DNA from: Myxococcota bacterium
GTDB lineage: Bacteria; Myxococcota; UBA727; JAHDBA01
Direction: 5' to 3'
Assembly: GCA_020630615.1 (NCBI GenBank)
Contig: JAHDBA010000005.1
Coordinates: 38,709-102,708 of the forward strand
Length of the DNA: 64,000 nt
Below are positions 1 through 10,474 of this stretch, one piece after another; position 1 is the first letter of the stretch; every line of letters starts with the position of its first letter. The translations under genes were made by a program, and so were the position numbers. Below the pieces are notes generated by a model that saw nothing but the letters and a program-made list of their open reading frames with translations, was not told where the DNA came from and made no database searches.

Positions 1-339
1 GGAGCGCACAACACGACGAAAACCAATCACGATTCGTAAGGGGAAAACCCTCGAATGGAAACTGTAGCGTTTGGATGCAGACGATTATGGATGGATTCCA
101 TATCGAAAAAGATACTCAAGAGATTTAGTTTGCTTTAAGCGAGACTCACACCTTGAATACCGAACCAAAACCATTGACGTCGTGATGATAGGAGTTACCC
201 TTTGCTCATGACTTCATATTTTTTCTATTAGTCACAGAAATAATCGTAGTCTTGCCGTCTCGGCATGCAGACGTGCTCTTCACTATACCTAAAAATTGAA
301 TACAACTTATTCTCCGTAGGGAGAAAAGAGGTGAGCAAT

Positions 340-1239
340 ATGTCAAAACGACATTCAGATCTATATTTTGGTCACGAGCGAAATTTTTGGTGGAACCAGG
401 ATTTCCTTGAACTTATGGCAAAGCGCCTAAACCTTTCAACCTACTCATCTGTACTCGATGTCGGCTGCGGTGTCGGGCATTGGACACGTACTTTAGCAAG
501 CCTGATGCCGTCTAAGGTTCAGTTTACTGGGGTCGACCAAGAACCTGAATGGATCCGACAAAACCGGCTTTGGGCGCAGGAACATGATCTTAATAAGAAC
601 TTCTCTTTCAAGCTTGGCGATGCGAATCATCTACCTTTTAAGGACGAAACATTTGAACTCGTCACATGCCAGACGCTATTGATTCACTGCGCCGAGCCGA
701 AGAAGGTCTTGCGCGAAATGTTGCGTGTACTCAAACCAGGAGGTTTGATTCTGTGTGTCGAGCCCTCAAATCTTGCAAACCAAGGCGTACAAAGCTCTAT
801 TCGTATGCATGACGATATTGATACGCAAATCAAACGCATTGCATATTTTTGTCGTATTCAACGCGGAAAGCGAAACCTTGGTGAAGGAGATCTCTCCTTT
901 GGAGACCGTTTACCCGGCGAACTCAATGCGCTTGGTGCTCAAAATATAAGTGTCTACACCTCAGATAAAACCAGTACGTTGGTTCCTCCCTATCGAGACG
1001 CTGGAGCAGCAGCATTGACGGACGCAATTATTAGACAGCATGAAGAAGGTTTCCTGGGTTGGCATGAAGATGAGGTGGAGCGCTACTTCCTTGCTGGTGG
1101 GGGCACGCCCGCAGAGCTTCAGGATTATAAACTACTCTTTAGAAAAGACCTTGAGTGCAGTGTTGATGCGCTCAGGCGTAACGAATATCATTGTGCCGGT
1201 GGTGATGTTCAGTATCTCGTTTCTGCAATCAAGGCGTGA
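340..1239 (+). CDS. Class I SAM-dependent methyltransferase
   Basis: Motif LDVGCGVGHWT (SAM-binding Gly-rich loop) followed by VLKPGG. Start moved to the ATG at 340 (MSKRH...), which lies behind GGGAGAAAAGAGG, rather than the track's 265. Confidence 0.6.
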   Translation: MSKRHSDLYFGHERNFWWNQDFLELMAKRLNLSTYSSVLDVGCGVGHWTRTLASLMPSKVQFTGVDQEPEWIRQNRLWAQEHDLNKNFSFKLGDANHLPFKDETFELVTCQTLLIHCAEPKKVLREMLRVLKPGGLILCVEPSNLANQGVQSSIRMHDDIDTQIKRIAYFCRIQRGKRNLGEGDLSFGDRLPGELNALGAQNISVYTSDKTSTLVPPYRDAGAAALTDAIIRQHEEGFLGWHEDEVERYFLAGGGTPAELQDYKLLFRKDLECSVDALRRNEYHCAGGDVQYLVSAIKA

Positions 1240-1261
1240 TGAAAATCCCAAACGAAATACC

Positions 1262-1291
1262 ACACAAAACGCCCAACAATGTCGGGCGTGT
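1262..1291 (-). terminator. Hairpin plus U-run downstream of acnB (minus strand); bidirectional character is weak
   Basis: ACGCCC..GGGCGT inverted repeat at 1269-1290. On the minus strand it is followed by TTTTGTGTGG, and it sits between the converging genes ending at 1239 and 1323. Confidence 0.35.
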
Positions 1292-1322
1292 TGCGAGTCA
1301 TCAAATTTTAGAACCTTTCCGA

Positions 1323-4154
1323 TTATGAAATCACATTCAAATCACTCTTGGGCTTTGCGGGCACTGTCATCTCATCTACAGGTGGTGCAAACTGTGTCAG
1401 CTTGATGCCATCTACAGCCGATTTATACTCTTCAATTGTTGGTGTGCGCCCAAGAATTGATGAGAGAACCACCACAGGGGTCGAAGCGAGAAGTGACTCA
1501 CCTTTTTTATCTTCCGCATCTTTCACAACACGACCTTGAAATAGACGTGTCGAGGTTGCCATTACTGTATCTCCCTTCTCGGCTTTTTCTTGATTCCCCA
1601 TGCATAGATTGCATCCGGGCCTTTCAAGGTACATGATGTTCTCATATTTCGTGCGCGCGACAGTTTTCGGCGCGTTATCGTCAAACTCAAAACCCGCATA
1701 TTTGCTCAGAACATCCCAGTCACCTTCAGCTTTAAGCTCATTGATAATATTGTAGGTTGGTGGTGTAACAACGAGTGGAGCTTTAAACTCGATTCCGCCA
1801 TTTTGCTTTTCAAGATTTCTAAGCATTTGTGCAACAACTTGTAGATCACCTTTATGCACCATGCACGAACCGACGAATCCGAGATCCACTTGCTTCTCAC
1901 CCGCATAGTGAGAGAGTTCTCGAATTGTATCATGTGTATAACGCTTAGAGATATCATCGTTATGAACATCCGGGTCGGCAATCATCGGCTCATCAATAAT
2001 ATCCAAATCGACCGTAAACTCTGCATAGTATTTTGCGTCTTCATCAGGTGCCAGTGCAGGTTTGTCTCCACTCTTGATTTCGGCGATTCGTTTATTCGCA
2101 AGATCAACCAACCCTTGAAGAACCTTCTTCTCGTTATCCATACCTGTGTTCAACATGATTTGGATACGCTCTCTAGCAATCTCAAGCGATTTGATAAGCG
2201 TTGCATCGTTTGAAATACAAATCGAAGCTTTCGCTTTCATTTCTGCAGTCCAATCGGTGAAGGTAAATGCCTGGTCAGATTCAAGCGTACCAATATGAAC
2301 TTCGATAATGCGACCTTGAAAGACATTCTCTCCGTCAAACTCTTTAAGCATTTGAGCTTGGGTTGCATGTACAACATCCCGAAAGTCCATGTGGTCTTTC
2401 ATATTGCCTTTGAATGTCACCTTAACGGACTCCGGGATAGGCATTGAAGCCTCACCAGTAGCCAAAGCCAAAGCCACTGTGCCAGAGTCTGCACCGAACG
2501 CGACACCTTTTGACATGCGTGTATGTGAGTCACCACCAATCACAATCGCCCAATCATCAATGGTGATATCGTTCAAAACTTTGTGAATTACATCGGTCAG
2601 TGCTGGGTACTTATGCTCTGGGTGACGACCGGTGATTAAGCCAAAGTCGTGCATAAACTTCATCAAGCGCGGCGTGTTCTCTTGGGCTTTTGCATCCCAA
2701 ACCGAGGCAGTATGACAACCGGACTGATAACCAGCATCGACAATCGGCGAAATTGTAGTCGCGGCCATCATCTCAAGTTCCTGTGACGTCATGAGTCCAG
2801 TCGTGTCTTGAGAGCCGACAATATTCACTTCAACACGAACATAAGAACCTGCATGGAGTGTCGCCCCAGAGGTACCGACGGCATTCCTATTAAAGATTTT
2901 TTCAACTGCCGTTAGGCCTTGACCCTCATGCGTCACTTCACTTGATGGCGCAAAGACTATCGGCATGTCAATCTCAAGGGTTTTCGCAGCAAAAGCTTGA
3001 AGCTTTTTACCAAATACGATCGCATACGACCCACCGGCGCGCATGAACTCAATCTTTTGTGGCGTAAAGGCAGATGAGATATCCATTACAGCTTGCCCAT
3101 CTTTGTATAACTGCTTTTCACGTGTATTAATCGTTAAGACAGTACCCGTATCGATTGAGTAATTCTGCTTGAGAACAGCTTCACCATCTTCATCAACAAT
3201 AAGCTCACCAGAATCGTCAAAAGTCTTCACCCAGTTTTTGAGATCAAGACCAATTCCACCCGTCACACCAACAGTTGTAAGAAAGATAGGTGAGATCCCA
3301 TTTGTACCTGCGACCACTGGCGCAATATTGATAAAGGGAACATAAGGGCTCGCTTTTTTGCCAATCCAAAGTGCAACATTGTTCACACCAGACATACGCG
3401 ATGAGCCCACACCCATCGTCCCTTTCTCTGCCACGAGCATTACGCGTTTATCGGGGTGCGCATTTTGAAGCTCAAGAAGTTCTTGCTGACGTTTTGTATC
3501 GTGCTCAAACATGCACTGGCCGTGAAGTTCGCGATCGGAACGTGAATGTGCATCGCTTCCAGGCGAGAGAAGGTCCGTTGAAATATCGCCAATACCTGCA
3601 ACGAAGGTTACCAAATCAATCGTCTCAGGTAACTCCGGCAGTTTGGTAAAAAAGTCTGCGCGAGCATAACTTTCAAGAATGTCTTTCGAAATGGGGCAAC
3701 CGTGTTTGAAACCTGCTTCAAGTCTTTCCATGTCGGCTTCGTATAAGAAGACCTGTGTCTTGAGCACTTCTGCTGCCGATTTTGCGATCTCAACATCTTT
3801 TTGATCGAGAACAAGATCAAGAAGTACCTTGATAGAAGGCCCGCCTTTCATATGTGAGAGTTGTTCAAAAGCAGATTCAACCGAGATTTCAGCAACCCGA
3901 CTCGTACCCAATACGATTTCCTTTAGAAATTCCGCTTTGACTCCAGCTGCACTCGTGGTTCCAGGCAAAACGTTGTAGGTGAAGAAATTTAAGGACTGTT
4001 GATGGGCCGGATGCTCAGGGTCCTTCACTTGCGCAATAACAGCACTCATGAGTTCCGCTCCATCGATCGGCTTCGGGTTTAATCCTTGTGTTTTACGCTC
4101 TTCAATTTCGTTGAGATAGTCTTGATACAGGGTTTCATTTTGAGTTGTTGTCAT
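1323..4154 (-). CDS. acnB: Aconitate hydratase B (bifunctional aconitase 2 / 2-methylisocitrate dehydratase)
   Basis: N-terminal HEAT-like region (GLNPKPIDGAELMSAV..) resembles the AcnB N-terminus. It carries the motifs SQDTTG, IGGDSHTRM, GSCM and PGCNLCMGNQ..ATSTR that are typical of the AcnB iron-sulfur cluster ligands. Length is 943 aa. Confidence 0.88.
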   Translation of the reverse strand: MTTTQNETLYQDYLNEIEERKTQGLNPKPIDGAELMSAVIAQVKDPEHPAHQQSLNFFTYNVLPGTTSAAGVKAEFLKEIVLGTSRVAEISVESAFEQLSHMKGGPSIKVLLDLVLDQKDVEIAKSAAEVLKTQVFLYEADMERLEAGFKHGCPISKDILESYARADFFTKLPELPETIDLVTFVAGIGDISTDLLSPGSDAHSRSDRELHGQCMFEHDTKRQQELLELQNAHPDKRVMLVAEKGTMGVGSSRMSGVNNVALWIGKKASPYVPFINIAPVVAGTNGISPIFLTTVGVTGGIGLDLKNWVKTFDDSGELIVDEDGEAVLKQNYSIDTGTVLTINTREKQLYKDGQAVMDISSAFTPQKIEFMRAGGSYAIVFGKKLQAFAAKTLEIDMPIVFAPSSEVTHEGQGLTAVEKIFNRNAVGTSGATLHAGSYVRVEVNIVGSQDTTGLMTSQELEMMAATTISPIVDAGYQSGCHTASVWDAKAQENTPRLMKFMHDFGLITGRHPEHKYPALTDVIHKVLNDITIDDWAIVIGGDSHTRMSKGVAFGADSGTVALALATGEASMPIPESVKVTFKGNMKDHMDFRDVVHATQAQMLKEFDGENVFQGRIIEVHIGTLESDQAFTFTDWTAEMKAKASICISNDATLIKSLEIARERIQIMLNTGMDNEKKVLQGLVDLANKRIAEIKSGDKPALAPDEDAKYYAEFTVDLDIIDEPMIADPDVHNDDISKRYTHDTIRELSHYAGEKQVDLGFVGSCMVHKGDLQVVAQMLRNLEKQNGGIEFKAPLVVTPPTYNIINELKAEGDWDVLSKYAGFEFDDNAPKTVARTKYENIMYLERPGCNLCMGNQEKAEKGDTVMATSTRLFQGRVVKDAEDKKGESLLASTPVVVLSSILGRTPTIEEYKSAVDGIKLTQFAPPVDEMTVPAKPKSDLNVIS

Positions 4155-4326
4155 GATGCCTCCATAATCGAAAACCTTTCAATCTTCGATCGCAATCGCT
4201 ATTTTCACGCTCAATATAAAGGGAGAATGCACTTGGATAAAGCCCAAATCTAAAACTTTAGCGGATTTTTATCGATTGGATCGCGTAACACTCGATCGTG
4301 ACAAAAGCAGCAACGGAATGCTAACT

Positions 4327-6690
4327 TCAGTCGACAAAAGGGCGGTTTACCGGCACCCAAAGGATCCCGAAATCACAAATTTTGATATCGTTCTTCTCAA
4401 GGTTAATTTGCTTTTCTTCGATTGCATCCAAGGCTTCCTCGCGTTTCGAATCAAGCTCAGAAATCGCCCTATCAAGTTCGTCTCTTAAAGCCTCAATTTC
4501 AACTTCGATCTCGCCCATTCGATCTTCGCTTTGTTCCAACTTTTGCTTCGCCGCACCACGACGACCTGCGGCACGGGCGCTTGTTCCTAACGATCGCCGC
4601 CGCCCCATGAATACAGAAAATATTGTCTCGCCGACACTTAGCATGGTCTCTGTCGTACGCTGACTGACTTCACTTTCATAGCGCTCTGCCTTATCTTTTT
4701 CACGCTCCAACTTGTCTTTGAGTCGCTTTTCTTGTGTTTCAAACTTCTTCTTTAGCTTTTTCGCTTCTTCTAAGTTTTCATCATCAACCTTCGAAATGAC
4801 GCGCTCTTCGAAGTCATCACGGCTTTCTCCTGAACGTTGACGCAGCCGTAATTCGGGTTGAATCAATTGTGGTCGTAATTCCCCATTGTAGACGGAATCA
4901 ACCCAATCACGCTCGGCTTCTTTAAGCTCTTTGCTTTCATCAATCCATTCCGGGACATCTGCATACAAGCCTTTTTGCTCGCCGAATCCTTCGAAGGCGT
5001 TGTCTGGTATATCCATTGTCGTCCATGGCGAGGCGTCATCCCCAAGCGGGTATTGCAACGCTGAGATACACTCGTTTTTAACAAACTCATTTTTGCTATC
5101 ATCAAAACGGAGCTCGGCCCGGACAAAAAGCGCCGGTGCATAATGAAATTCTTCAGACTTGATTTTCGCGTTGTCATTAAAAATTCGAGGTGAGCCTGCG
5201 CCAAAGGCATAGCGATGATCCAAGATATAGTGTTGGCCATTTCGAACCACATTCTTTTTAAAACCCGATGTGTTTAGGTTTCTACTTCCACTTAACACGC
5301 TGTCGACATTGGGCGCAGTCGCATTGCCTGTTGTGTCGAGAGAACTTTGTCCCGCAAGACTGACATCGATCTTGGGTTCGACCAATCCTTGCTTGTAAAG
5401 TTGAGAGAACTCTTCCTCGGTGATGGGCCCACGAAGATAGGCCAAAGCATGACGGCTCTTAATCACTTGGGGGGTATCCCACTTGGCGTGATGCATTAGA
5501 AATGAGCGAGGTGCAAGTTCTGCCACTTGATCGTTTAGGTCTGTACGTCCCAACCCTTTTAGCAAGCGCTCTCGATCTTGAGCCGTCTGGAGTTTTCCAA
5601 TACACCAAAAGCCTGCGTTTGAAATCGCCTTATAATCAAGATCAATAGGATTCTGTGTCGCTAAGACGACACCAAAACCCACTGCGCGTGCCTGTTTCAT
5701 AATCGTTAAAATGGGCTCTTTGGTCGCTGGGTTTTTTGGTGCGGGTGGGATGTAACCTGCAACCTCGTCAAAGAAGAGTAATGCACTTAAATCATCCGAA
5801 CCTGGGAGTGAACGTGTATAACTTAGAATATTTCCTAAGAAGATCGACAAGAAGAAGTGACGTTCACGCTCACTCAAATGCGAGAGCGTAATAATGTTCA
5901 CAGGTGTTTTTCCCGCCGGTGCATGGAGCATGTCTTCAATCGAAAGCGCAATACCTTCGCGCCATTGTGCAAAGCTTGGGCTTGCAAGGACATTGTTTAA
6001 TGCCATTGCAAGTTTGGTTCGTTCTTTACGATCGATGACATCGTCAAGGGGAAAGAAGCCGAGTTTTTCAAAAGGAGGATCGACGATAGCAGGCAAAATT
6101 GCCTCAAGATCAATGTTGAGCTCATCTTCACTTTGCGCAGCGATGATCGAGGACAATAAGATATGTGCTGGGTCGTTCAAAGGGTCAATATCGCGATCCA
6201 AGAGGGTAAAAATGCCGGAGATATAACTCCGTATCAGCTCTTGCTTGCGCGTATCATCGAGCTTTTGCCCACCCGTCTTGGGCGTCGCGAGCAGATTGAA
6301 CGATTGTGCGGACTTTCCACCAGGCGAGAAAAGACGAACACTCATCGTATCGCGCAATGCCTTAATATCCTCCGCATGGATTCCACTCTTTTCGACTCCT
6401 TTACTCCAACGTTCAGCAATTTCACTCGGGTTATCTTTTTTTGGGGCCCACGGCTCGAACGCACCTGCATCAAGTTTTTCAAAACATAAGGCAAGATTGG
6501 TAAGGTCACCTTTGGGGTCGATCGCAATGATCGGTTTTCCTTGCGCGATGAGAGATTCAAGTAAGGTTATCGAGAAGCCGGTCTTGCCGCTTCCTGTCAT
6601 GCCAACCACAATTCCATGGGTCTTCAAGCGTGAAGGCTTTAAGTGAAGGGGCTTACCCTCTGATGTCATCCCGATTGCATTAAGACCCAT
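4327..6690 (-). CDS. HerA/DUF853(YjgR)-like P-loop ATPase with long C-terminal coiled-coil extension
   Basis: Walker A VVGMTGSGKTG and Walker B LLFFDEVAGY, plus LATQNPIDLDYKAISNAGFWCIGKL, which is typical of HerA/FtsK-like NTPases. The C-terminal ~200 aa is K/E/R-rich coiled coil. Confidence 0.55.
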   Translation of the reverse strand: MGLNAIGMTSEGKPLHLKPSRLKTHGIVVGMTGSGKTGFSITLLESLIAQGKPIIAIDPKGDLTNLALCFEKLDAGAFEPWAPKKDNPSEIAERWSKGVEKSGIHAEDIKALRDTMSVRLFSPGGKSAQSFNLLATPKTGGQKLDDTRKQELIRSYISGIFTLLDRDIDPLNDPAHILLSSIIAAQSEDELNIDLEAILPAIVDPPFEKLGFFPLDDVIDRKERTKLAMALNNVLASPSFAQWREGIALSIEDMLHAPAGKTPVNIITLSHLSERERHFFLSIFLGNILSYTRSLPGSDDLSALLFFDEVAGYIPPAPKNPATKEPILTIMKQARAVGFGVVLATQNPIDLDYKAISNAGFWCIGKLQTAQDRERLLKGLGRTDLNDQVAELAPRSFLMHHAKWDTPQVIKSRHALAYLRGPITEEEFSQLYKQGLVEPKIDVSLAGQSSLDTTGNATAPNVDSVLSGSRNLNTSGFKKNVVRNGQHYILDHRYAFGAGSPRIFNDNAKIKSEEFHYAPALFVRAELRFDDSKNEFVKNECISALQYPLGDDASPWTTMDIPDNAFEGFGEQKGLYADVPEWIDESKELKEAERDWVDSVYNGELRPQLIQPELRLRQRSGESRDDFEERVISKVDDENLEEAKKLKKKFETQEKRLKDKLEREKDKAERYESEVSQRTTETMLSVGETIFSVFMGRRRSLGTSARAAGRRGAAKQKLEQSEDRMGEIEVEIEALRDELDRAISELDSKREEALDAIEEKQINLEKNDIKICDFGILWVPVNRPFVD

Positions 6691-6791
6691 AACTTGACTC
6701 CTCTTAAAACGACTCAGACCTTGTTGTAGGCCACATGTTCAACCTAAAATAAAGTTCTAAAGATTCAAGTTTTGCGAAGGATGAAATACGC

Positions 6792-7676
6792 ATGAACACT
6801 GATTTTTTTTCAAACTGGAGTCATGAGTTAATTCAATCCACAACGCTAGAGCTTCAAACAGAGAAAATCATGACATCGGAGGGATATAGCGTTTGCTATC
6901 ACAACTTCAACAGCACGAATACTATCGACCAATTACCAACCTTAATATTTTTACCAGGCTTTCGTACGAGCTCACTTTTTTGGGTCTTGAACAATCAAAT
7001 CGAAAGGCTTGCAAAGGTCTACCCGATACTCTTGATTGATGTCCCGGGTCAACCTGGTGGGAGCGCGCCGCGAGGCCTCAATCTGAAGAAGGGTGCCGTC
7101 GGTCGATGGATGAATCAAATCATCGAGCATTTTTCGCATCAGCATTACGTATTGAATGGAACCTCTTTTGGTGGGTTCCTCGCACTTCAATCTGCGCAAA
7201 CACAAAACCCGAAAATTGATCGTTTATGTCTATTCAACCCAGCAGGCTTCGTCACCTTACGCTTGCATCCACAGCAAATCATGGCGAACTTGAAACTTTT
7301 GGCTCGACCTTCGCAAGAGACAATCCGTCGTTACACCGAAACCATTCTTGGTTTTCATCCCAATCAAATTGGTCCGCGAAGCTATAAGCGCCTTGAGGCT
7401 TTTATTATATGGTCGCTCATCAATAAAAAAACTCAGTCAGCCTATCCCTATATTTTTGCTCAGAAAGAACTTGATCGTATAAATGTACCTGTCGACTTTT
7501 ATCTAGGCGGGCAAGACACAGTCTTTTCTTCCACATTGTTGGAGCAACGGGCACTTCAGAAACTGAAAACAACCCATGCAGTCGACCGCTTTCCCAACGA
7601 TGGACACGCTTTGATCTTTTCACCAGAAGCCATACAATCGTTAGCCTCAAACCTGAAGCATTACTATCCTAAGTGA
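6792..7676 (+). CDS. Alpha/beta-fold hydrolase
   Basis: GxSxG nucleophile elbow (NGTSFGGFLAL) and an LIFLPGF oxyanion-region motif. Confidence 0.55.
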   Translation: MNTDFFSNWSHELIQSTTLELQTEKIMTSEGYSVCYHNFNSTNTIDQLPTLIFLPGFRTSSLFWVLNNQIERLAKVYPILLIDVPGQPGGSAPRGLNLKKGAVGRWMNQIIEHFSHQHYVLNGTSFGGFLALQSAQTQNPKIDRLCLFNPAGFVTLRLHPQQIMANLKLLARPSQETIRRYTETILGFHPNQIGPRSYKRLEAFIIWSLINKKTQSAYPYIFAQKELDRINVPVDFYLGGQDTVFSSTLLEQRALQKLKTTHAVDRFPNDGHALIFSPEAIQSLASNLKHYYPK

Positions 7677-7697
7677 ATAGTGGCTTTACAAATATGT

Positions 7698-9623
7698 TTA
7701 TTCCCTTTGGGTTGCTTTGCCGCGCCTCACTTTAATACGCCTACGGGCCCCGGCTCGCGTCCGCTCTGTTGTGGGGGCTGCACGACCACGAAGACGAAAA
7801 TCTGAGCGACGCTTTCGACCCTTCACTTTTGTTGCATTCATATTGGTTTGAGTTTGCGTCTCGATCTGAACTCGAGTCTCCGCGCTTGCGCTGAGGTGGC
7901 TCGCTTGGGTCACCAGAGTGTTGTAGCGTTCGATAGACTCTGGCGAAGCTCTATTTGGCTTTTCCAAATCAAAGGGGACCCAAAGGGTTGCCGATTCAAA
8001 AAGATTTCGAACATAGCGATCATCGGCTTTGGATTGAACACTGGCACCAACCAAATGTGTAATTCCAGAGATGATACCCGCGGCAATACCTACCGTTGCA
8101 GCGACTGCGGCGCCTTCTTCTGAATTGCTATTGGCTGCAGCATTCAAAAAGCTTTTTGCGATAGAGCCTGAGACAGAGCCTGCATCGAAAAGCACACCTT
8201 TATACACTGCGCGGTCTTTTAGGACGCGTTCGAAACGTCGACCGATCACAGATGTTGCTTGATATGAAGAAGACCACATATCAAAGCCTTGATGCTCTAT
8301 CTGCTCGGACGACAACGAGTTGCTAATTTCAACCCCTTTTCGGCAAAGCGTAAAATCAATCCCACTCGCTGCTGCACGCATCGTATTGCACCTTCGATGA
8401 TCAAAGGATTTACGTTGCGTGCTGAGCGCACTGAAGTTTTGAAGACGCTCTGCGACATCGATACGGGCAAGTTCTCCATATTGCCCCTCACGAACAACAC
8501 CGGGTCCTTGCCCGGAAAACGAAACATCGATCGCTTTGTGTTCAATCGAATTCACAAGTGTGGCTATCGACGCATCAAGTTCGGCAATGTGTTGATCAAC
8601 ATCCCTGAATGCGATGTCAACTTCGTCTCCCTCGAGCCAAGTCTTGAGCTCACTCAGTGTTTTCGTCGCTTCTTGTCTTAAATGCACCACAAGCTCTTCG
8701 TTTGTTTTTACCGATTTGGGAATCGTAGCGCGTTTGCGATCGATGGCAAAAGCATGGAGGTTGACAACCTCTTCCAATCGAACCATATTTTGAAATGCAA
8801 ATGCGATACCCTTCATAAGAAGGTCTTTCGTCTTGGGGTTCGGAGCACTATCCAAAATAGCAAGGGGCAACGCCGCAGCCAAGAGTTCTTCGCTAGCCCG
8901 AAATCCTACTGACTTCTCATGATCGATATTTTTCAAAGCTTTATCAATCAGTAGCTCTTTAATGAAGGGTCTTAAACTTTGAAAACGTAAAGCAGCATGG
9001 AGTGAACCACGTGCTTGTGAGCGATCTTGAGTACTATGCCCTTCCTCTTGAAGACAAAAAAGTCGCAACGCATAGGTTAAAGGAGCATCACTACCGAGTC
9101 GATGCTCCGTCCATCGAGCATCCAAGAACTCCGCATTGCGAAGTGCAGGCAAAGCCATATCACAACGCCCATCCTGAATATCCAAAACAGCCAAAAGCAG
9201 CGAGGCCACAACACGTTCGTGTGGACGACCCCGGTAGGCTTTGCTTCGGTCTGCTGTGAAAGCAGAGTTCATGTTCTTTGTCGTGGTTAAATCTTCAAAA
9301 GAGACAATCGCACTAGCAAGATGATTTTTGGCGAGCTGCCGAGACCCTTCACTACCCCCGTTTCGCAACAAGTGCAACGAAGCCTCAAGGTCAAGAAGAG
9401 TTGAATCTTGTGGATGTTTCTTCTTATTTAAAGTGACCTCTTTTTCAAACCTTTGAAGCTCGGTGTGCTCTTGCAAGGGTAGATTAAAGTTTAGATGCCT
9501 CCAGGACTGCTCACTCAAACTCGCACAGCCGGAACACAAAAATGAAAACCATCCCAAAAGAAGTTTGAGATGGCTCTTCTTGTTTCCATAACGAAAGCGA
9601 GAATCCTTTTTGATAGGCTTCAT
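7698..9623 (-). CDS. Hypothetical lipoprotein (641 aa)
   Basis: N-terminal signal with lipobox (LLLGWFSFLCSGCAS). No recognisable catalytic motif. The C-terminal tail is Arg/Lys-rich. Confidence 0.5.
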   Translation of the reverse strand: MKPIKKDSRFRYGNKKSHLKLLLGWFSFLCSGCASLSEQSWRHLNFNLPLQEHTELQRFEKEVTLNKKKHPQDSTLLDLEASLHLLRNGGSEGSRQLAKNHLASAIVSFEDLTTTKNMNSAFTADRSKAYRGRPHERVVASLLLAVLDIQDGRCDMALPALRNAEFLDARWTEHRLGSDAPLTYALRLFCLQEEGHSTQDRSQARGSLHAALRFQSLRPFIKELLIDKALKNIDHEKSVGFRASEELLAAALPLAILDSAPNPKTKDLLMKGIAFAFQNMVRLEEVVNLHAFAIDRKRATIPKSVKTNEELVVHLRQEATKTLSELKTWLEGDEVDIAFRDVDQHIAELDASIATLVNSIEHKAIDVSFSGQGPGVVREGQYGELARIDVAERLQNFSALSTQRKSFDHRRCNTMRAAASGIDFTLCRKGVEISNSLSSEQIEHQGFDMWSSSYQATSVIGRRFERVLKDRAVYKGVLFDAGSVSGSIAKSFLNAAANSNSEEGAAVAATVGIAAGIISGITHLVGASVQSKADDRYVRNLFESATLWVPFDLEKPNRASPESIERYNTLVTQASHLSASAETRVQIETQTQTNMNATKVKGRKRRSDFRLRGRAAPTTERTRAGARRRIKVRRGKATQRE

Positions 9624-9631
9624 TCTAAGTT

Positions 9632-10426
9632 CTATTCACTTGAAGTAGGTAGTACGAATATTTCATTCTTTTCTGAAGGTGTGTTCCTTTCCTCAATCTG
9701 AAGATGATTCGCTGAAACTTTAAATCCTTGTTCAATCACATCAACAAGAAGTGTACGTAGGGTAAAAGGAGCCCCAACATCAATCGAAGTTTTGACAGCC
9801 ATAAGTGCTCCGTCCAATGTGCGAACCATTCTAGCAAGATACACTGGACCTTGAATCCCTCGTCCTTGTTGAACCGAGATAATGTAATCAACACCCGAAG
9901 GCACCATTGCATTCCACTGGATGGGTTCACCACCTTCGATCGCTGCACGCTCTGCCGCCATGATTTGATTTGCATCCGCCATAGAGATTTCATTGAGTCG
10001 GATTCCGCTTTCCAAAAGCGCGTTGATAGTGTCCTGCATAATGCTCGTAGCGAAGACATCCGCACCTTTGATTGCATAGGGCCGGCGTACCGACTGCTGC
10101 ACGATATTACGCTGATAGGGAAACCCAAGAATAGAGCCTTGTTCAAAGCGCGCTGCACCAATTGGGTTTGCGACAGGGAGAGAATAAAACGCGCGTACAA
10201 GACCGATGGTCGGACGACCCAACTTTTCATTGTCAAGTTGAATACCTTCGATCCGAGATTGTAGGTCTTCCATCGAGTTAATAACCTTACGCTCTTTAAC
10301 CGGCGCAACCTGCGTTGTACGTGTTGCGGCTGCGACTCTACTTTGAATGGGTGCCGAGACAGGTGTTGACGCACGACACTTTGTCAGGACGACCAAGGCG
10401 ATAAGACTTACTACTATTCTATTCAT
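9632..10426 (-). CDS. Secreted envelope protein, possibly CsgG-family
   Basis: Has a signal peptide. Weak resemblance to CsgG-like lipoproteins, which often accompany LpoB-like genes. Last gene of a three-gene lipoprotein operon. Confidence 0.35.
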   Translation of the reverse strand: MNRIVVSLIALVVLTKCRASTPVSAPIQSRVAAATRTTQVAPVKERKVINSMEDLQSRIEGIQLDNEKLGRPTIGLVRAFYSLPVANPIGAARFEQGSILGFPYQRNIVQQSVRRPYAIKGADVFATSIMQDTINALLESGIRLNEISMADANQIMAAERAAIEGGEPIQWNAMVPSGVDYIISVQQGRGIQGPVYLARMVRTLDGALMAVKTSIDVGAPFTLRTLLVDVIEQGFKVSANHLQIEERNTPSEKNEIFVLPTSSE

Positions 10427-10474
10427 GACTTCTCTCCATGGGTATCAAAACAATCATTTCTACAGTGTTAGGAT

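Noticed and set aside
265-339. Upstream extension of the first methyltransferase ORF (track start 265)
   Set aside because: The ATG at 340 is preceded by a GGGAGAAAAGAGG Shine-Dalgarno sequence. The upstream extension has no RBS and a non-protein-like sequence (MQTCSSLYLKIEYNLF...).
1706-2213. Small ORFs inside acnB (1706-1981 -, 1854-2213 +, 2389-2586 +) and similar small nested ORFs inside herA-like, lon, HMGR and other genes
   Set aside because: They are fully nested within long, well-supported genes with strong family motifs. They have no RBS or conservation signals.
9736-10374. 212-aa minus-strand ORF overlapping the 264-aa envelope protein gene in another frame
   Set aside because: It is an Arg/Leu-rich alternative frame with no signal or RBS. 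The 9632-10426 frame has a signal peptide and an operon context.
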